Shown here one piece after another: positions 53,721-63,999 of a stretch of 64,000 bases of DNA. The notes beneath the pieces are model-generated. The model did no database searches. It saw only the letters and a list, made by a program, of their open reading frames with translations, and was not told the DNA's origin. This DNA comes from Bdellovibrionales bacterium. Its GTDB lineage: Bacteria; Bdellovibrionota; Bdellovibrionia; Bdellovibrionales; UBA1609. Where the stretch lies: assembly GCA_965219095.1 (NCBI GenBank), contig CBDCMT010000001.1, positions 96,001-160,000 on the forward strand. Direction: 5' to 3'. Made by a program: the position numbers and the translations under genes. Position 1 is the first letter of the stretch. Each line of letters begins with the position of its first letter.

Positions 53721-54920
53721 ATGGAGCCTATTAAAGTACCCTCTGTCGGAGAATCCATTCAAGAAGCAACTATCTTAGAGTGGTTTAAAAATACAGGAGA
53801 TTTTGTAGAAGCCAATGAGGTTGTTGTAAGCCTTGAAACAGATAAAGCTAGTGTTGAAATTATTTCTGAACACAAGGGAAAATTAATTCAAAAAGCTAAG
53901 ATGGGAGAAACTGTGAAAATAGGTGCTGTTATCGCTGAAGTTGATACAGAGGCAAAAAAACTTTCTGTTTCATCACAGATTAAAAAAGAAGAAAATACCA
54001 ATAAAAAAACCAACCCTCCTCTCACAACTCCTTCGTCTCGAAAACTCATAAAAGAAACTCATCTAGAAGCTCAAAATATTAAACCTTCAGGAAGAAGAGG
54101 ACATATTTTAAAAGAAGATGTTTTTAAACACCTAAACTCTCCCTCTTCTGGGGCAACTCCTCTTAAGACTGAAACACCGCCTCCCCCTCCCTCAGCACCT
54201 TCTTCCACTTTAGTACTTTCAGAAAATGTGAGTCGCAAAACTATGTCACCTTTAAGAAAAACTCTCGCTAAAAGACTTGTGCAGTCACAAAAACAAACAG
54301 CAAGTCTTACCACGTTTAATGAGGTTGACATGTCATTTATCTTTAACTTAAGAAACAAATACAAAGAAAGTTTTCAAAAAAAATACGGCTTTAAATTGGG
54401 GTTTATGGGTTTTTTTATAAAAGCTAGCGTTGAAGCTTTAAAAACGTTTCCTGAAGTGAACGCTTTTATTGAAGATGAAGAGAGAGTTTATCATCATTAT
54501 TACCATGTAGGAGTTGCGGTAAGCACAGATAAAGGTCTTGTTGTCCCTGTCATACGTCATGCTGATAAACTCTCTCTTCCTGAAGTAGAGCAAAGCCTCC
54601 AACATTATGTTGGAAAAGCCCGCAACGGACAGTTGAGTCTTAACGATCTTTCTGGAGGAACTTTCACCGTAAGCAATGGAGGTGTTTTTGGATCTCTTAT
54701 GTCTACACCTATTTTGAACCCCCCTCAAAGTGGTATCTTAGGCATGCACAAAATAGAACAAAGACCTGTCGTTAGAGACGGTAAAATCGAAATTAAACCC
54801 ATGATGTATATAGCTTTAACTTATGATCATAGAATGATTGACGGAAGGGATTCTGTAGGGTTTCTTTTAAGAATTAAAGAATGCATTGAAGATCCTTCAA
54901 GAATTCTCATTGAGGTTTAA
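53721..54920 (+). CDS. sucB: Dihydrolipoamide succinyltransferase E2
   Basis: Lipoyl ETDKA, TTFNEVDM, NGGVFGSL, YDHRMIDG. Confidence 0.97.
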   Translation: MEPIKVPSVGESIQEATILEWFKNTGDFVEANEVVVSLETDKASVEIISEHKGKLIQKAKMGETVKIGAVIAEVDTEAKKLSVSSQIKKEENTNKKTNPPLTTPSSRKLIKETHLEAQNIKPSGRRGHILKEDVFKHLNSPSSGATPLKTETPPPPPSAPSSTLVLSENVSRKTMSPLRKTLAKRLVQSQKQTASLTTFNEVDMSFIFNLRNKYKESFQKKYGFKLGFMGFFIKASVEALKTFPEVNAFIEDEERVYHHYYHVGVAVSTDKGLVVPVIRHADKLSLPEVEQSLQHYVGKARNGQLSLNDLSGGTFTVSNGGVFGSLMSTPILNPPQSGILGMHKIEQRPVVRDGKIEIKPMMYIALTYDHRMIDGRDSVGFLLRIKECIEDPSRILIEV

Positions 54921-54924
54921 GGTT

Positions 54925-56310
54925 ATGTTTGATTTGGTTGTAATTGGCTCAGGTCCTGGAGGCTACATTGCTGCTATAAAAGCTTCTCAGTTAGGAATGA
55001 AAGTTGCTTTACTGGAAAAGCGTTCTCATTTAGGCGGTACATGTTTGAATGTAGGCTGCATTCCTTCAAAAGCCCTTTTGGATTCAAGTCACCACTACGT
55101 CTTTAGTCTTTCTGATCTTAAAACACACGGCGTAGATGTAAATCATGTGGAGCTTAATTTACTTCAAATGATGACCCGAAAAGATAAAGTTGTTAAAAAT
55201 TTAACTCAAGGTATCAAGTATTTAATGAAAAAAAATAAAGTGACTTGTTATGAGGGAAAAGGCTATCTAAAAAGTCCTCATAAAGTAGAAGTTTGTGGTT
55301 TGAAGAATACGATCTTAGAAACAAAAAACATTCTTCTTGCTACGGGGAGTGTTCCTGCAGAACTTCCTTTTTTACCTTTTGACAAAAAAACTGTTCTATC
55401 TTCGACAGAAGCTCTTAAACTCAAACAAGTTCCCAAAAAAATGATCATCATTGGAGCAGGGATTATTGGCTTAGAACTAGGATCTGTGTGGAATCGTCTA
55501 GGTTCTGAAATCCACCTTCTTGATATAAGTAAAAACATTTGTTCTGGCATGGATTCGCAGATGACCATGGAGCTTAAAAAGTCTCTAGAAAACCAAGGGT
55601 TAAACTTTCATCTTCAAGCTCATATTCATAAAGAAATCAAACGCTCAGCTCATAATATCACTCTCACCTACACAGACTGTTCAGGAGAAAAACACATCTC
55701 AGCTCCTCTTGTTCTTGTAGCCATAGGTCGCAAACCTTACTCAAAAGGCCTTGGTTTAGAAGATTTAAAACTTCCTACAGATGAAAAGGGAAGAGTTATT
55801 GTAAACTCTCATTTTCAAACCTCTTATGAAAACATCTATGCTATTGGAGACCTTATCAAAGGTCCTATGCTTGCCCATAAAGCAGAAGAAGAAGGTGTAG
55901 CAGTAGCAGAGATTCTCATCGGTCAAGCCGGAGAAGTGAATTACAACACTCTTCCTTCTGTGGTCTACACTTATCCTGAACTGGCTTCTGTAGGAAAGAT
56001 AGAAGAGGAGTTAGAAAAAGGTAAGTACAAAAAAGGAATTTTTCCTTTCAAAGCTAATGGGAGAGCTCAAGCTTCAGGAGATACGGAGGGCTTTGTTAAA
56101 GTTTTAAGCTGTAAAAAAACAGATCGCATTTTAGGAGTTCATATCTTAGGGCCTAAAGCTTCTGATCTTTTACAAGAGGCTGTTTTAGCCATGGAATTTC
56201 AAGCAAGTTCTGAAGACTTAGCTCGAAGTTTTCACTCCCATCCTACTTTTACAGAAGCCTTAAAAGAAGCTTCTCTTGAATGTTACAATAAAATAGCAAG
56301 ACAGATTTGA
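54925..56310 (+). CDS. lpdA: Dihydrolipoamide dehydrogenase E3
   Basis: GSGPGG, GGTCLNVGCIPSK, MLAHKA, HSHPT; start MFDLVV at 54925. Confidence 0.96.
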   Translation: MFDLVVIGSGPGGYIAAIKASQLGMKVALLEKRSHLGGTCLNVGCIPSKALLDSSHHYVFSLSDLKTHGVDVNHVELNLLQMMTRKDKVVKNLTQGIKYLMKKNKVTCYEGKGYLKSPHKVEVCGLKNTILETKNILLATGSVPAELPFLPFDKKTVLSSTEALKLKQVPKKMIIIGAGIIGLELGSVWNRLGSEIHLLDISKNICSGMDSQMTMELKKSLENQGLNFHLQAHIHKEIKRSAHNITLTYTDCSGEKHISAPLVLVAIGRKPYSKGLGLEDLKLPTDEKGRVIVNSHFQTSYENIYAIGDLIKGPMLAHKAEEEGVAVAEILIGQAGEVNYNTLPSVVYTYPELASVGKIEEELEKGKYKKGIFPFKANGRAQASGDTEGFVKVLSCKKTDRILGVHILGPKASDLLQEAVLAMEFQASSEDLARSFHSHPTFTEALKEASLECYNKIARQI

Positions 56311-56337
56311 ATGATTTTTAATTACACCTTACGTGAC

Positions 56338-56480
56338 ACGAGTTTCGACTTTTTTCCTGACTTCAACACAACACAGTGAGTTAAAAAAAAATATTTTCGT
56401 TCTTTTACCTCTAGCTTTTAGTTGAAGGAGTTATACAGTAAGTCGGTTTCTTAACAGCCCTTGACTTCTACTGAGGAAAC
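56338..56480. mobile_element. Mosaic of IS982, IS1634 and IS66 ends
   Basis: ACGAGTTTCGAC; 56356-56437 matches the IS1634 left end (32266-32347 reversed); GTAAGTCGG IS66 end at 56438. Confidence 0.82.
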
Positions 56481-56550
56481 TTTTCTTCTTTTTCTCATTT
56501 TATTTCCTAACATCTTCCCAAAGCGTTTAAAATCTTATGACTGGTATTTT

Positions 56551-57360
56551 TTAAATGTCTGTATAAGACTTTGAAAATTCATAGGTCAATATTTTTTGCC
56601 TCCTCAAAAGAATCTGTGGGTTCCCGGGAGGAGTCTTTTCTTTTTGATAAGCCACATTAGAATCACAGTAGTTGTTAAAATAAAATTCAAGAAGCTCAGG
56701 TTCAATATAAATGGCTGTGTTTTTAAAAGATTCCTTTCTTTCATATTCAGAAGAGTAAATGATCTCACCTGCCTTTGCTCTGTTGTAAACTTCATCACTA
56801 GCAGCTATGAAGAGATGTCCCTCATGAACAAAAAGAGCTTTCTTGTTATGACACTCAAAATTCATAAAAGACCCCGACATGCCATATAAACCAGGACATC
56901 TATGGCCTAGGCTCCTTTTGATCACTCTTTCATTTTTTCGTATTTTCATCCAACTAAGATTGTGGCAAGTATGGCTTTGTATGTAATCTTTTATAGCTTT
57001 TAGTTCATTTTTTTTCATCTTTTTTAAATGAGATTTTGTTAAAACTGAAGTAATTCTTGCTTGAAGATAGGGGTCTTTAAAGCAGGAATCTAAGTCTTCT
57101 TTGTTTGCTACCCTTTCTATATCGATCTCAAAAGCAGGGATATTGCCTTTTTTGCGGTATCGTTTAGGCATAGGAATCAGGGCTTGATCCACTCCTGAAT
57201 AATGAAGTTCATCATCCAGAACATAACCAGGACTTACAAGACAGTTGTGAGGTTTAAGACATTTTTTTTGAAGAGAAAAGATATTCTTTCTTGGAATATC
57301 AAAATCACCGTTATGATTATAAACCGTAATAACTTTATAATCTTTACTAGGTGCTACACA
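56551..57360 (-). pseudogene. Trypsin-like (S1) serine protease remnant, 5' truncated by an ISL3 end
   Basis: Frame stays open upstream of 57192 up to the ISL3 IR and starts at CVAP; has VDQALI (Asp-like) and HRCPGLYGMSGS (Ser-like) motifs. Confidence 0.5.
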
Positions 57361-57442
57361 GGCTCCTCCCGGGAATCTGTGGGTGAAAAATAGCTAGAAA
57401 TCCCCCTCGTAGGAGTCAAGGGCTGTTAAGAAACCGACTTAC
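57361..57442. mobile_element. ISL3 left end fused to an IS66 end
   Basis: GGCTCCTCCCGGGAATCTGTGGGTG...AAATCCCC then GGAGTCAAGGGCTGTTAAGAAACCGACTTAC. Confidence 0.85.
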
Positions 57443-57592
57443 AGTAATTTGATGAGAAAAAATTGTTAGATAGTTGTTTAAAAGTTAGACACTCAAAGAG
57501 CTTTTAGCTCCCCTTTTTAGGAACTTAAAATCTTTTTTTAAGGTTTTACAAATTCTTTTTATAACTATTTGAAATTAAAGAGCTTTTTCTAC

Positions 57593-57608
57593 TGGCTGTT
57601 TTCTTGCA
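57593..57608 (+). promoter_or_regulatory. Candidate sigma54 (-24/-12) promoter
   Basis: TGGCTG-TTTTC-TTGCA with correct GG-N10-GC spacing; IHF-like TAACTATTTGAAATTA ~20-30 bp upstream. Confidence 0.5.
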
Positions 57609-57644
57609 TTAAAAAGGGTAGAGACAAAAAAAGAGGAGGTAAAT

Positions 57645-57806
57645 ATGAAAAAAATATTTTTAATCACAGTAATTTTCCTTAGCGGGATTACAGTAACAGC
57701 TGAAGAGTGCAAACATAGCCCTAATCGTCGTTTAGGAGATAATACGAATCCTAATCATAATGATAATAGTAAAACTCCAATTAAATCTTCTAAGGGAGAA
57801 CGGTAA
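57645..57806 (+). CDS. 53-aa secreted peptide (below the ORF-track cutoff)
   Basis: SD AGGAGGT; MKKIFLITVIFLSGITVTA-EECKHSPNRRLGDNTNPNHNDNSKTPIKSSKGER*. Confidence 0.72.
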   Translation: MKKIFLITVIFLSGITVTAEECKHSPNRRLGDNTNPNHNDNSKTPIKSSKGER

Positions 57807-57820
57807 TCGAATCTAAAAAA

Positions 57821-57958
57821 GAGATTGTCCATAAAAAGGAGTAAACACTGAAATTAGTCCATGACCTTTTCCAAGAGGAAATAGAAAGACTCTGCGGAAA
57901 GTCTTTTTCCTACAAAAAGTCAAAAGATTCTGTCACAGAGTAGGAAGCGAAAAAGGAT
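57821..57958 (+). mobile_element. IS256 terminus joined to a degenerate internal IS256 fragment
   Basis: GAGATTGTC end, then sequence homologous to ~20445-20560 reversed. Confidence 0.75.
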
Positions 57959-58109
57959 AACCTCTTTTCATCTGTGATAGTTGCAACTTGATCTAAAACG
58001 CCTATGTACAACAAGGCTGGTTCACACAACTACTTTCCAGCCTAGACTGCTATCTTCCAATACAGGGAACACCCCACCGAATGCTCCCTGTTAGAATCAC
58101 TAAAAAGTC

Positions 58110-58691
58110 TTATGGCTGTACCTTGTCATACTCATATCTAAGAAAAAATGATCTATTGAAAATAAGCCTTATATTTTTTCTTTCATTTTCTTTATCATAA
58201 AATTCCACTTTCAAGAACACTTTAACTTCATGCTTTATAATATCTACGGATTTTTTAGTGACGTAAGTGGTCCCCAAAACAATCTGGAGATTATTTTTTT
58301 CTCCTATATAATAATTTTCTCCTTTCTCAGTACGGAACATAAGGGCCATTTGTTTTTTATTTTCTGCATACCAACTATTAAAAGAAATTAAATAATTATC
58401 TTCTTCATATTGCAACGCAGGAGGGAGACTAGTTGGTATTCGAATCGTAACTGTTTCACCCTCCAATATTGGATAACCAAGTCTTCTTAGTTGTCTGTCT
58501 AGACTATCTTCATAAAAAATATCTTCATAATAACGGGTTTTTAAATGAATCACCAGATGCGAACCATCTTTAGTTGGACGAACTCTAAAAAGCCCATCTG
58601 AAGAGTTGATTTCGAAGTTAGGCAAAGGCTCTCTTGAAGCATATGCAAGTTGTGATATTATTAAAATACCTAAAAAAATTATTTTTTTCAT
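58110..58691 (-). CDS. Hypothetical secreted protein
   Basis: SD AGGAGG, signal peptide ending AYA. Confidence 0.75.
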   Translation of the reverse strand: MKKIIFLGILIISQLAYASREPLPNFEINSSDGLFRVRPTKDGSHLVIHLKTRYYEDIFYEDSLDRQLRRLGYPILEGETVTIRIPTSLPPALQYEEDNYLISFNSWYAENKKQMALMFRTEKGENYYIGEKNNLQIVLGTTYVTKKSVDIIKHEVKVFLKVEFYDKENERKNIRLIFNRSFFLRYEYDKVQP

Positions 58692-58807
58692 TTTATCCTC
58701 CTATTTTGTTATTTTGTTTACTTTGTTTATTTTATTTTCCTCCTACTTTGCTTGATACTCTTTACTTGAAAAAACTATTCTTATCTATTAAAAATCCTCC
58801 TTTCACT

Positions 58808-59095
58808 TTAAAAAAACGACATTAGGTCTTTTTTTATGTTTTTTACCTTTTCTTCCAAGAGTTCAAGCTCTCTAAAAATTTTATTCTGATCCGGTTTTTT
58901 CCCTGTAATAAGCTCAAATAGGCTAAGATTAAAGAGTGAGGCGATTTTTGGATACGGCTCCTCCTCTCCTTGAATCGCTCTCCCATATTTCCACTCTCGA
59001 TAGGTAGTTTCCGGAACTCCGAATTTCTCAGCTGTACTTTTTACCGTCCAACCTTGACCTTGTCTTAAAGCTTTTAGTCTCTTATTAAAATTCAA
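58808..59095 (-). CDS. XRE-family HTH regulator
   Basis: LKALRQGQGWTVKSTAEKFGVPETTYREW; SD AGAGGAG with TTG start. Confidence 0.8.
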   Translation of the reverse strand: MNFNKRLKALRQGQGWTVKSTAEKFGVPETTYREWKYGRAIQGEEEPYPKIASLFNLSLFELITGKKPDQNKIFRELELLEEKVKNIKKDLMSFF

Positions 59096-59375
59096 GTTTT
59101 TTCTCCTCTAGAATCTTTCTAGCACACTCTGTTTGTTTTCTAAAATGATATAATTTCAATAAAATTGTACAATAAAATAGAATAATAAAATGAATTAACT
59201 TTTTCCATTCTTTCTTTTACATCCATTTTACGGAGACTTTAGGAGAAAATTGACTGTCCGCAGAAACAGGGGAAGTTCACAATCGATTATTGATTTTATT
59301 TGTTTGCAGTGTATTAAAGCCATGCAGCATTAAGATTTTAGTCTAAAGTACCCTTACTGGTTAAAGGAAAGTATA

Positions 59376-59632
59376 ATGTTACAAGTGAGTAGACATTCTA
59401 CAACAAAGAAAGCGATACTTGATTTTGCAATCAACCCCTTAGAGGAAGTAATAGCTTATGAGACATTACTTGCTCTTAACGGGGCAACAGAGGTAAAGCT
59501 TGCAAAAGAATTTCCTTCTAATGAACTTATACCAAATACAAGACCATCGAAAATCTTAGAGTTAAAAAAGCAAAATGGGCAGAAAGTAGAGATAGAAAAA
59601 ATTTATCCTCGGGTTGAAACACTTATAAATTC
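59376..59632 (+). pseudogene. Possible DprA/Smf-like N-terminal fragment truncated by ISL3
   Basis: AINPLEEVIAYETL..GAT..KLA resembles the N-terminus of accessory DprA-family proteins (recalled); ORF runs into the ISL3 right end. Confidence 0.35.
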
Positions 59633-59797
59633 GCCTCCTCAAAAGAATCTGTGGGTTCCCGGAGGTTCTGGCAGTTTTCCAAGGTTATGATATAAGGCGA
59701 TTTTTATAGCTTTAGAGGTTCTAAAGCCGTAAGATTTTCTCATAGTGAGTTTTACTTTGTTGTTTAAACCCTCTACAATCCCTGAGGTGTAATAGTC
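59633..59797 (-). mobile_element. ISL3 3' fragment with right IR, abutting an IS481-like end
   Basis: Encodes SGIVEGLNNKVKLTMRKSYGFRTSKAIKIALYHNLGKLPEPPGTHRFF*; TGTAATAGTC at 59788. Confidence 0.9.
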
Positions 59798-60066
59798 TTT
59801 TATCAGGAGTTTCTCAAAATTTTAGAAAGTTAATGCTAGAGGTTGCGTCTTTTTTCGTTTTTTTCACTGAAATGGCTTAAAAGGCCTGTACGCCTTCTTG
59901 AAAACTACTGTTTTGTTTAAGTTATGAAAAAATATTTAACCCTCTATAGTAGAAAGTAACAGGAATAAAGATCATACAGCATAAAAATCCTAGGCTTTTG
60001 TCAATTTTTCACGTTCGACTATTTAAACTTTCAAAAAACTTAAAGTTGCTATCTAAGAACATAAGA

Positions 60067-62532
60067 TTATGTGGGTAAGTTTTTTACTTTTTTTTGCCAT
60101 TTTCCAAGCCAATTCAAGGCTTCTAGAGGAGTCATTTGGTTGAGATTTAGATGATTCAAAGCCTCTAAGAATGCTGTGTTCTTATACTGAAAAAGATTTG
60201 AAGGCTTTTTTGTGCTATCTTGAGACACTTTTTTTCCATGATGAGAATTCTTTTCTAAAGAAAAAAGAATTTTTTTTGATTTTTCTATAACTTGAATGGG
60301 GAGACCAGCTAATTCTGCAACCTGTATACCATAAGATCGATTCGCAACACCCCTTTGAAGAGTGTATAAAAATAACAACTTGTTCTCTTCTTCTGATATG
60401 GACATATGAAAGTTTTTAACCTTGGCATACTTTTTTTCAATACGGCTTAACTCATGATAGTGAGTTGCAAAAAACACATGGGGTTTTAAATGAGTGACTA
60501 AAAACTCTAAAATACTATAAGCTAAACTCATACCATCATAAGTACTGGTTCCCCGTCCTACTTCATCAATAATAACCAAAGATCTCTTACTGGCTAGCTT
60601 TAAAATCCTTCCTGTTTCTTTCATCTCTACCATAAAAGTAGAAAGGCCTTCAGAAAGAAAATCATTAGCTCCAATGCGAGTGAAAATACTTTCATAAATA
60701 GGAAGTTTAGCTTTTTCAGAAGGAATAAAACAACCTATTTGAGCCATAAAAGCACAAAGAGCCACCTGCCTCATTAAAGTGCTTTTACCTGCCATATTAG
60801 GTCCTGTGATTAAAAAAGCTTCGCCTTCTTTCATAAAGATGTTGTTAGGTACAAACAAAGACTCACCCTCCACAACAGGATGACGGGAATGGGATAAGTT
60901 AAGTTCTCCACCTCCTAACTGAGGTCTTGTGTAACTTTTTTCTAAAGAAAGCCAAGAGAAGTTGGCTAAAACATCTTGTTTACCTAAATAACAGGCCCAC
61001 TCCAAAACAGAATCATAAACAGAGAGAACTTTGGTTTTAAGATCTTCAAAAATTTTCTTTTCAAGTTCTACTTTTCTTGAATGAGCTGTTAAAATTTTTT
61101 CTTCTAGAGTACAAAGTTCATCTGTGACATACCTTTCTGCTTGGGTTAATGTTTGGCGAATCTGGTACCTTTCAGGCACTTTCTTTTTATGAGTTTTAGT
61201 GACTTCTATAGAATAACCGAAAACGTTATTATATTTAATTTTTAAAGAACTGATTCCTGTTTTTTGTCTTTCTCTCATTTCTAGTTCGTTAAGAAGTTTT
61301 TGACTCTTAAAACTTAAACCCATTAGTTCATCTAGATTTTTTGATACTCCTTTGCGAATAAAGCCGCCTTCTTTGGTCATGCTAGGTAAATTTTCAAAGT
61401 CACGCATCACTCTTTTTATTTCCTTTTGAATAGCTAGAGGTTTGATCTCAGGATTTAAAAAGGTATAGGCTTTGTGGGCTCTTTCAAGAGACTCAGCTAA
61501 ACTCACCATATCCCGCGGTAGACTATGTTTTTGAGATGCTTTGTAAAGCTTTCTTTCTAAATCTCCTATAAGTTTTAAAGCCTTCCTAAAAAGATTCAAC
61601 TCTTGTTGTTTTTTGATCCAAGCTTCAACTCTATTATATCTTTTTTCCAATGAACTCTTCTCCAGAAGAGGAAACTTGAGCCATTTTTTCAAACACCTTG
61701 CCCCCATAGGAGTTTGTGTTTGGTTTAAGATAAAAAACAAACTTCCCTTTATTTCTCCTTTTGTATTTTTAAAAATTTCAAGATGGCGAAATACCTCAGG
61801 AAGCAATTTCATGCTTTGACACAAACTCTTTTTTTCAAAAAACTTGTGTTGAGGTTTGTTTTGCAATCTTTCTACATAAGAAAGAAGCCTTTCAATAGAT
61901 TCGTATTGCCTGTACTCATGGGGCGAATGAAGTAGTTCATTAAAAACACTCACATGAGTTTTCATTTTGTGAGAAGAGGCTTGCTCTTTTGTAAGCACTA
62001 TCTCTACAGGAGATAAAAGACTTATAAGTGAACTTTTTTGAGATTCTGTTTCATACTCATAATAAAAAGCTTCACTTGTAGAAACATCCCAAAAACAAAG
62101 GGTTTTCTCATCATAAGCACAGATGTAATAAGCAGATAATTCATCTAAACTCTGAGGATCATAAACCATCCCTGGAGTTAAAACTTGAGTTACTTCTCTT
62201 CTAACTAACCTTTTTCTTTCCTGTAAGTCTTTATCCTGTGGGTTTTCTACTTGATCACAAATAGCCACCTTATAACCGTGGCTTAAAAGTTTTCCCACAG
62301 GTTCACTTAAACTATGATAAGGAAACCCACACATAGGTGTTGTATCGCTTTGTTTTTTGTTTCTTGTAGTTAAAGTAATGTTTAAAAGAGGAGCTGAGAT
62401 CTGAGCATCTTCATAAAACATTTCATAAAAGTCCCCCATACGAAATAACAAAATTTTATCCCGATGTTGAGACTTAATAGACCAGTACTGTCTCATAAGA
62501 GGAGTTTGATTTTTATGCTTTTCTACGTTCAT
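60067..62532 (-). CDS. mutS: DNA mismatch repair protein MutS
   Basis: TPLMRQY, FRMGDFYEMF, TGPNMAGKST, STFMVEM, DEVGRGTST, ATHYHEL, SYGIQVA. Confidence 0.97.
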   Translation of the reverse strand: MNVEKHKNQTPLMRQYWSIKSQHRDKILLFRMGDFYEMFYEDAQISAPLLNITLTTRNKKQSDTTPMCGFPYHSLSEPVGKLLSHGYKVAICDQVENPQDKDLQERKRLVRREVTQVLTPGMVYDPQSLDELSAYYICAYDEKTLCFWDVSTSEAFYYEYETESQKSSLISLLSPVEIVLTKEQASSHKMKTHVSVFNELLHSPHEYRQYESIERLLSYVERLQNKPQHKFFEKKSLCQSMKLLPEVFRHLEIFKNTKGEIKGSLFFILNQTQTPMGARCLKKWLKFPLLEKSSLEKRYNRVEAWIKKQQELNLFRKALKLIGDLERKLYKASQKHSLPRDMVSLAESLERAHKAYTFLNPEIKPLAIQKEIKRVMRDFENLPSMTKEGGFIRKGVSKNLDELMGLSFKSQKLLNELEMRERQKTGISSLKIKYNNVFGYSIEVTKTHKKKVPERYQIRQTLTQAERYVTDELCTLEEKILTAHSRKVELEKKIFEDLKTKVLSVYDSVLEWACYLGKQDVLANFSWLSLEKSYTRPQLGGGELNLSHSRHPVVEGESLFVPNNIFMKEGEAFLITGPNMAGKSTLMRQVALCAFMAQIGCFIPSEKAKLPIYESIFTRIGANDFLSEGLSTFMVEMKETGRILKLASKRSLVIIDEVGRGTSTYDGMSLAYSILEFLVTHLKPHVFFATHYHELSRIEKKYAKVKNFHMSISEEENKLLFLYTLQRGVANRSYGIQVAELAGLPIQVIEKSKKILFSLEKNSHHGKKVSQDSTKKPSNLFQYKNTAFLEALNHLNLNQMTPLEALNWLGKWQKKVKNLPT

Positions 62533-62622
62533 TGCTTTACTATTATTGTCTAGGTTCTCAATCTTCTTTTCAAGAAGAAAGATTTGACTTTTTTCAAATC
62601 ATCTATGAAAAAGTAAGTCAGG

Positions 62623-62650
62623 AAAAAACTCTCATTTAATGAGTTTTTTT
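62623..62650. terminator. Possible intrinsic terminator
   Basis: AAAAAACTC...GAGTTTTTTT hairpin between mpl and mutS; stem is AT-rich. Confidence 0.35.
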
Positions 62651-62739
62651 AACCTTTTGCAACATCTCTAGTTCTAATGCATGGTATTATAAAACGAGGA
62701 TAGTACTTGATGAAAGTGATAAAACCTCAAAAGGGAATC

Positions 62740-63999
62740 TTACAAACAAAGCTTCTTTTTAAACAAAGAAAAAAGACCTTGAAAATTACCATTACTCATT
62801 ACTAAGACTACACAAGCTTGTCGGTCCTTATCTAAAAAACTCTTTACTAACTGCAAAGCTTCAGAAGGTGTTTTAAAACTAAAACTTTTTGTTCCCAAAA
62901 CCCTAAGATCTTCTAAGAGCTTTGGAATTGAGAGAGGGAGTTTCCTTTCTTCTTTACTTAAATGCTGAGGAAGAAGAACTCTATCAGCCTCCTTAAGAGC
63001 CCTCACATAATCATTTTGAAAAAAAGAGCTTTGAGATGTATTAGAACAAGGTTCGAAAACAGCAACGACTTTATGGTCTTTAAAGTGCTCTTTGACTGTT
63101 TCAATCATAGCTTTAACAGATGTAGGGTGATGAGCGAAATCTTCCATTAAAATAACTTTTTTACTTTTTGTTAAAATCTCTTGTCTTCTTTTTATACCTT
63201 TAAAAGATGAAAGACTTTGTTTTGTTTTTTCTAAAGACCATGACAGTTGATGCGATAAAGCTATCACAGAAAGAGCGTTTAAGGCGTTGTGTTTTCCTAT
63301 AAGTTTTAAACTCACTTTTTCTAGGAGACTTTCTCCTAAAAAAGATACAGAAAATGTTTGTTCACAAGAAGATTCAATGTATCTTTTTTTAAGACAGTAA
63401 TCAGCTTCATCAAATCCATAAGAATAACAATTAAGATGAGAAGTGTCTGTTTTATCTAAAATATCTTTTATATTTTTATCATGTTGGTAATAAATAAGAT
63501 TTCCTTTTTTAGGAATGCCTTCTACTAAAAGTTTAAAAGATTTTTTTATCTCACTGATGTCTTTATAAATATCTCCATGGTCAAATTCAATACTGGTTAA
63601 AATCACTGACTGAGGTTTGTAGTGTAAAAATTTAGGACGCTTATCAAAAAAAGATGTGTCGTACTCATCCCCCTCTATAATAAAAAGATTTTTTTGAGGA
63701 AAACAAAAAGATTCAGAATGATTAAAAGGAATCCCTCCAACTAAAAAGCCTGGCTCTAAACCATTTTCTTCTGCTATCCAAGCTAGTAGAGAAGTGGTTG
63801 TGGTTTTACCATGAGTGCCTGCCACAACAAAACACTGTCGATTCTCTATTACCCAAAGTTTTAAAGCTTCAGGGAAACTTAAAAACTTAAGATCAAGTCG
63901 TTTCATCTCCTGAACTTCTTCAAAGTGAGAACTTATCACATTTCCTACAATAACATAGTCAGGTTTATGTTGAAGGTTTTCTCTTTTATAACCTTCAGA
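62740..63999 (-). CDS. mpl: Murein peptide ligase Mpl / MurC family (5' end beyond window)
   Basis: VAGTHGKTTTTS, EGDEYDTSFFDKRPKF, IEFDHGDIY, DFAHHPT, MSNGNF; frame open to the window end. Confidence 0.85.
   Translation of the reverse strand, partial: SEGYKRENLQHKPDYVIVGNVISSHFEEVQEMKRLDLKFLSFPEALKLWVIENRQCFVVAGTHGKTTTTSLLAWIAEENGLEPGFLVGGIPFNHSESFCFPQKNLFIIEGDEYDTSFFDKRPKFLHYKPQSVILTSIEFDHGDIYKDISEIKKSFKLLVEGIPKKGNLIYYQHDKNIKDILDKTDTSHLNCYSYGFDEADYCLKKRYIESSCEQTFSVSFLGESLLEKVSLKLIGKHNALNALSVIALSHQLSWSLEKTKQSLSSFKGIKRRQEILTKSKKVILMEDFAHHPTSVKAMIETVKEHFKDHKVVAVFEPCSNTSQSSFFQNDYVRALKEADRVLLPQHLSKEERKLPLSIPKLLEDLRVLGTKSFSFKTPSEALQLVKSFLDKDRQACVVLVMSNGNFQGLFSLFKKKLCL

Noticed and set aside
11190..59660. 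Recurring GGCTCCTCC...GAATCTGTGGGT and GTAAGTCGGTT... motifs as CRISPR repeats, REP elements or attC sites
   Set aside because: They are dispersed, not regularly spaced, and map to ISL3 and IS66 termini; no cas or integrase gene is present.
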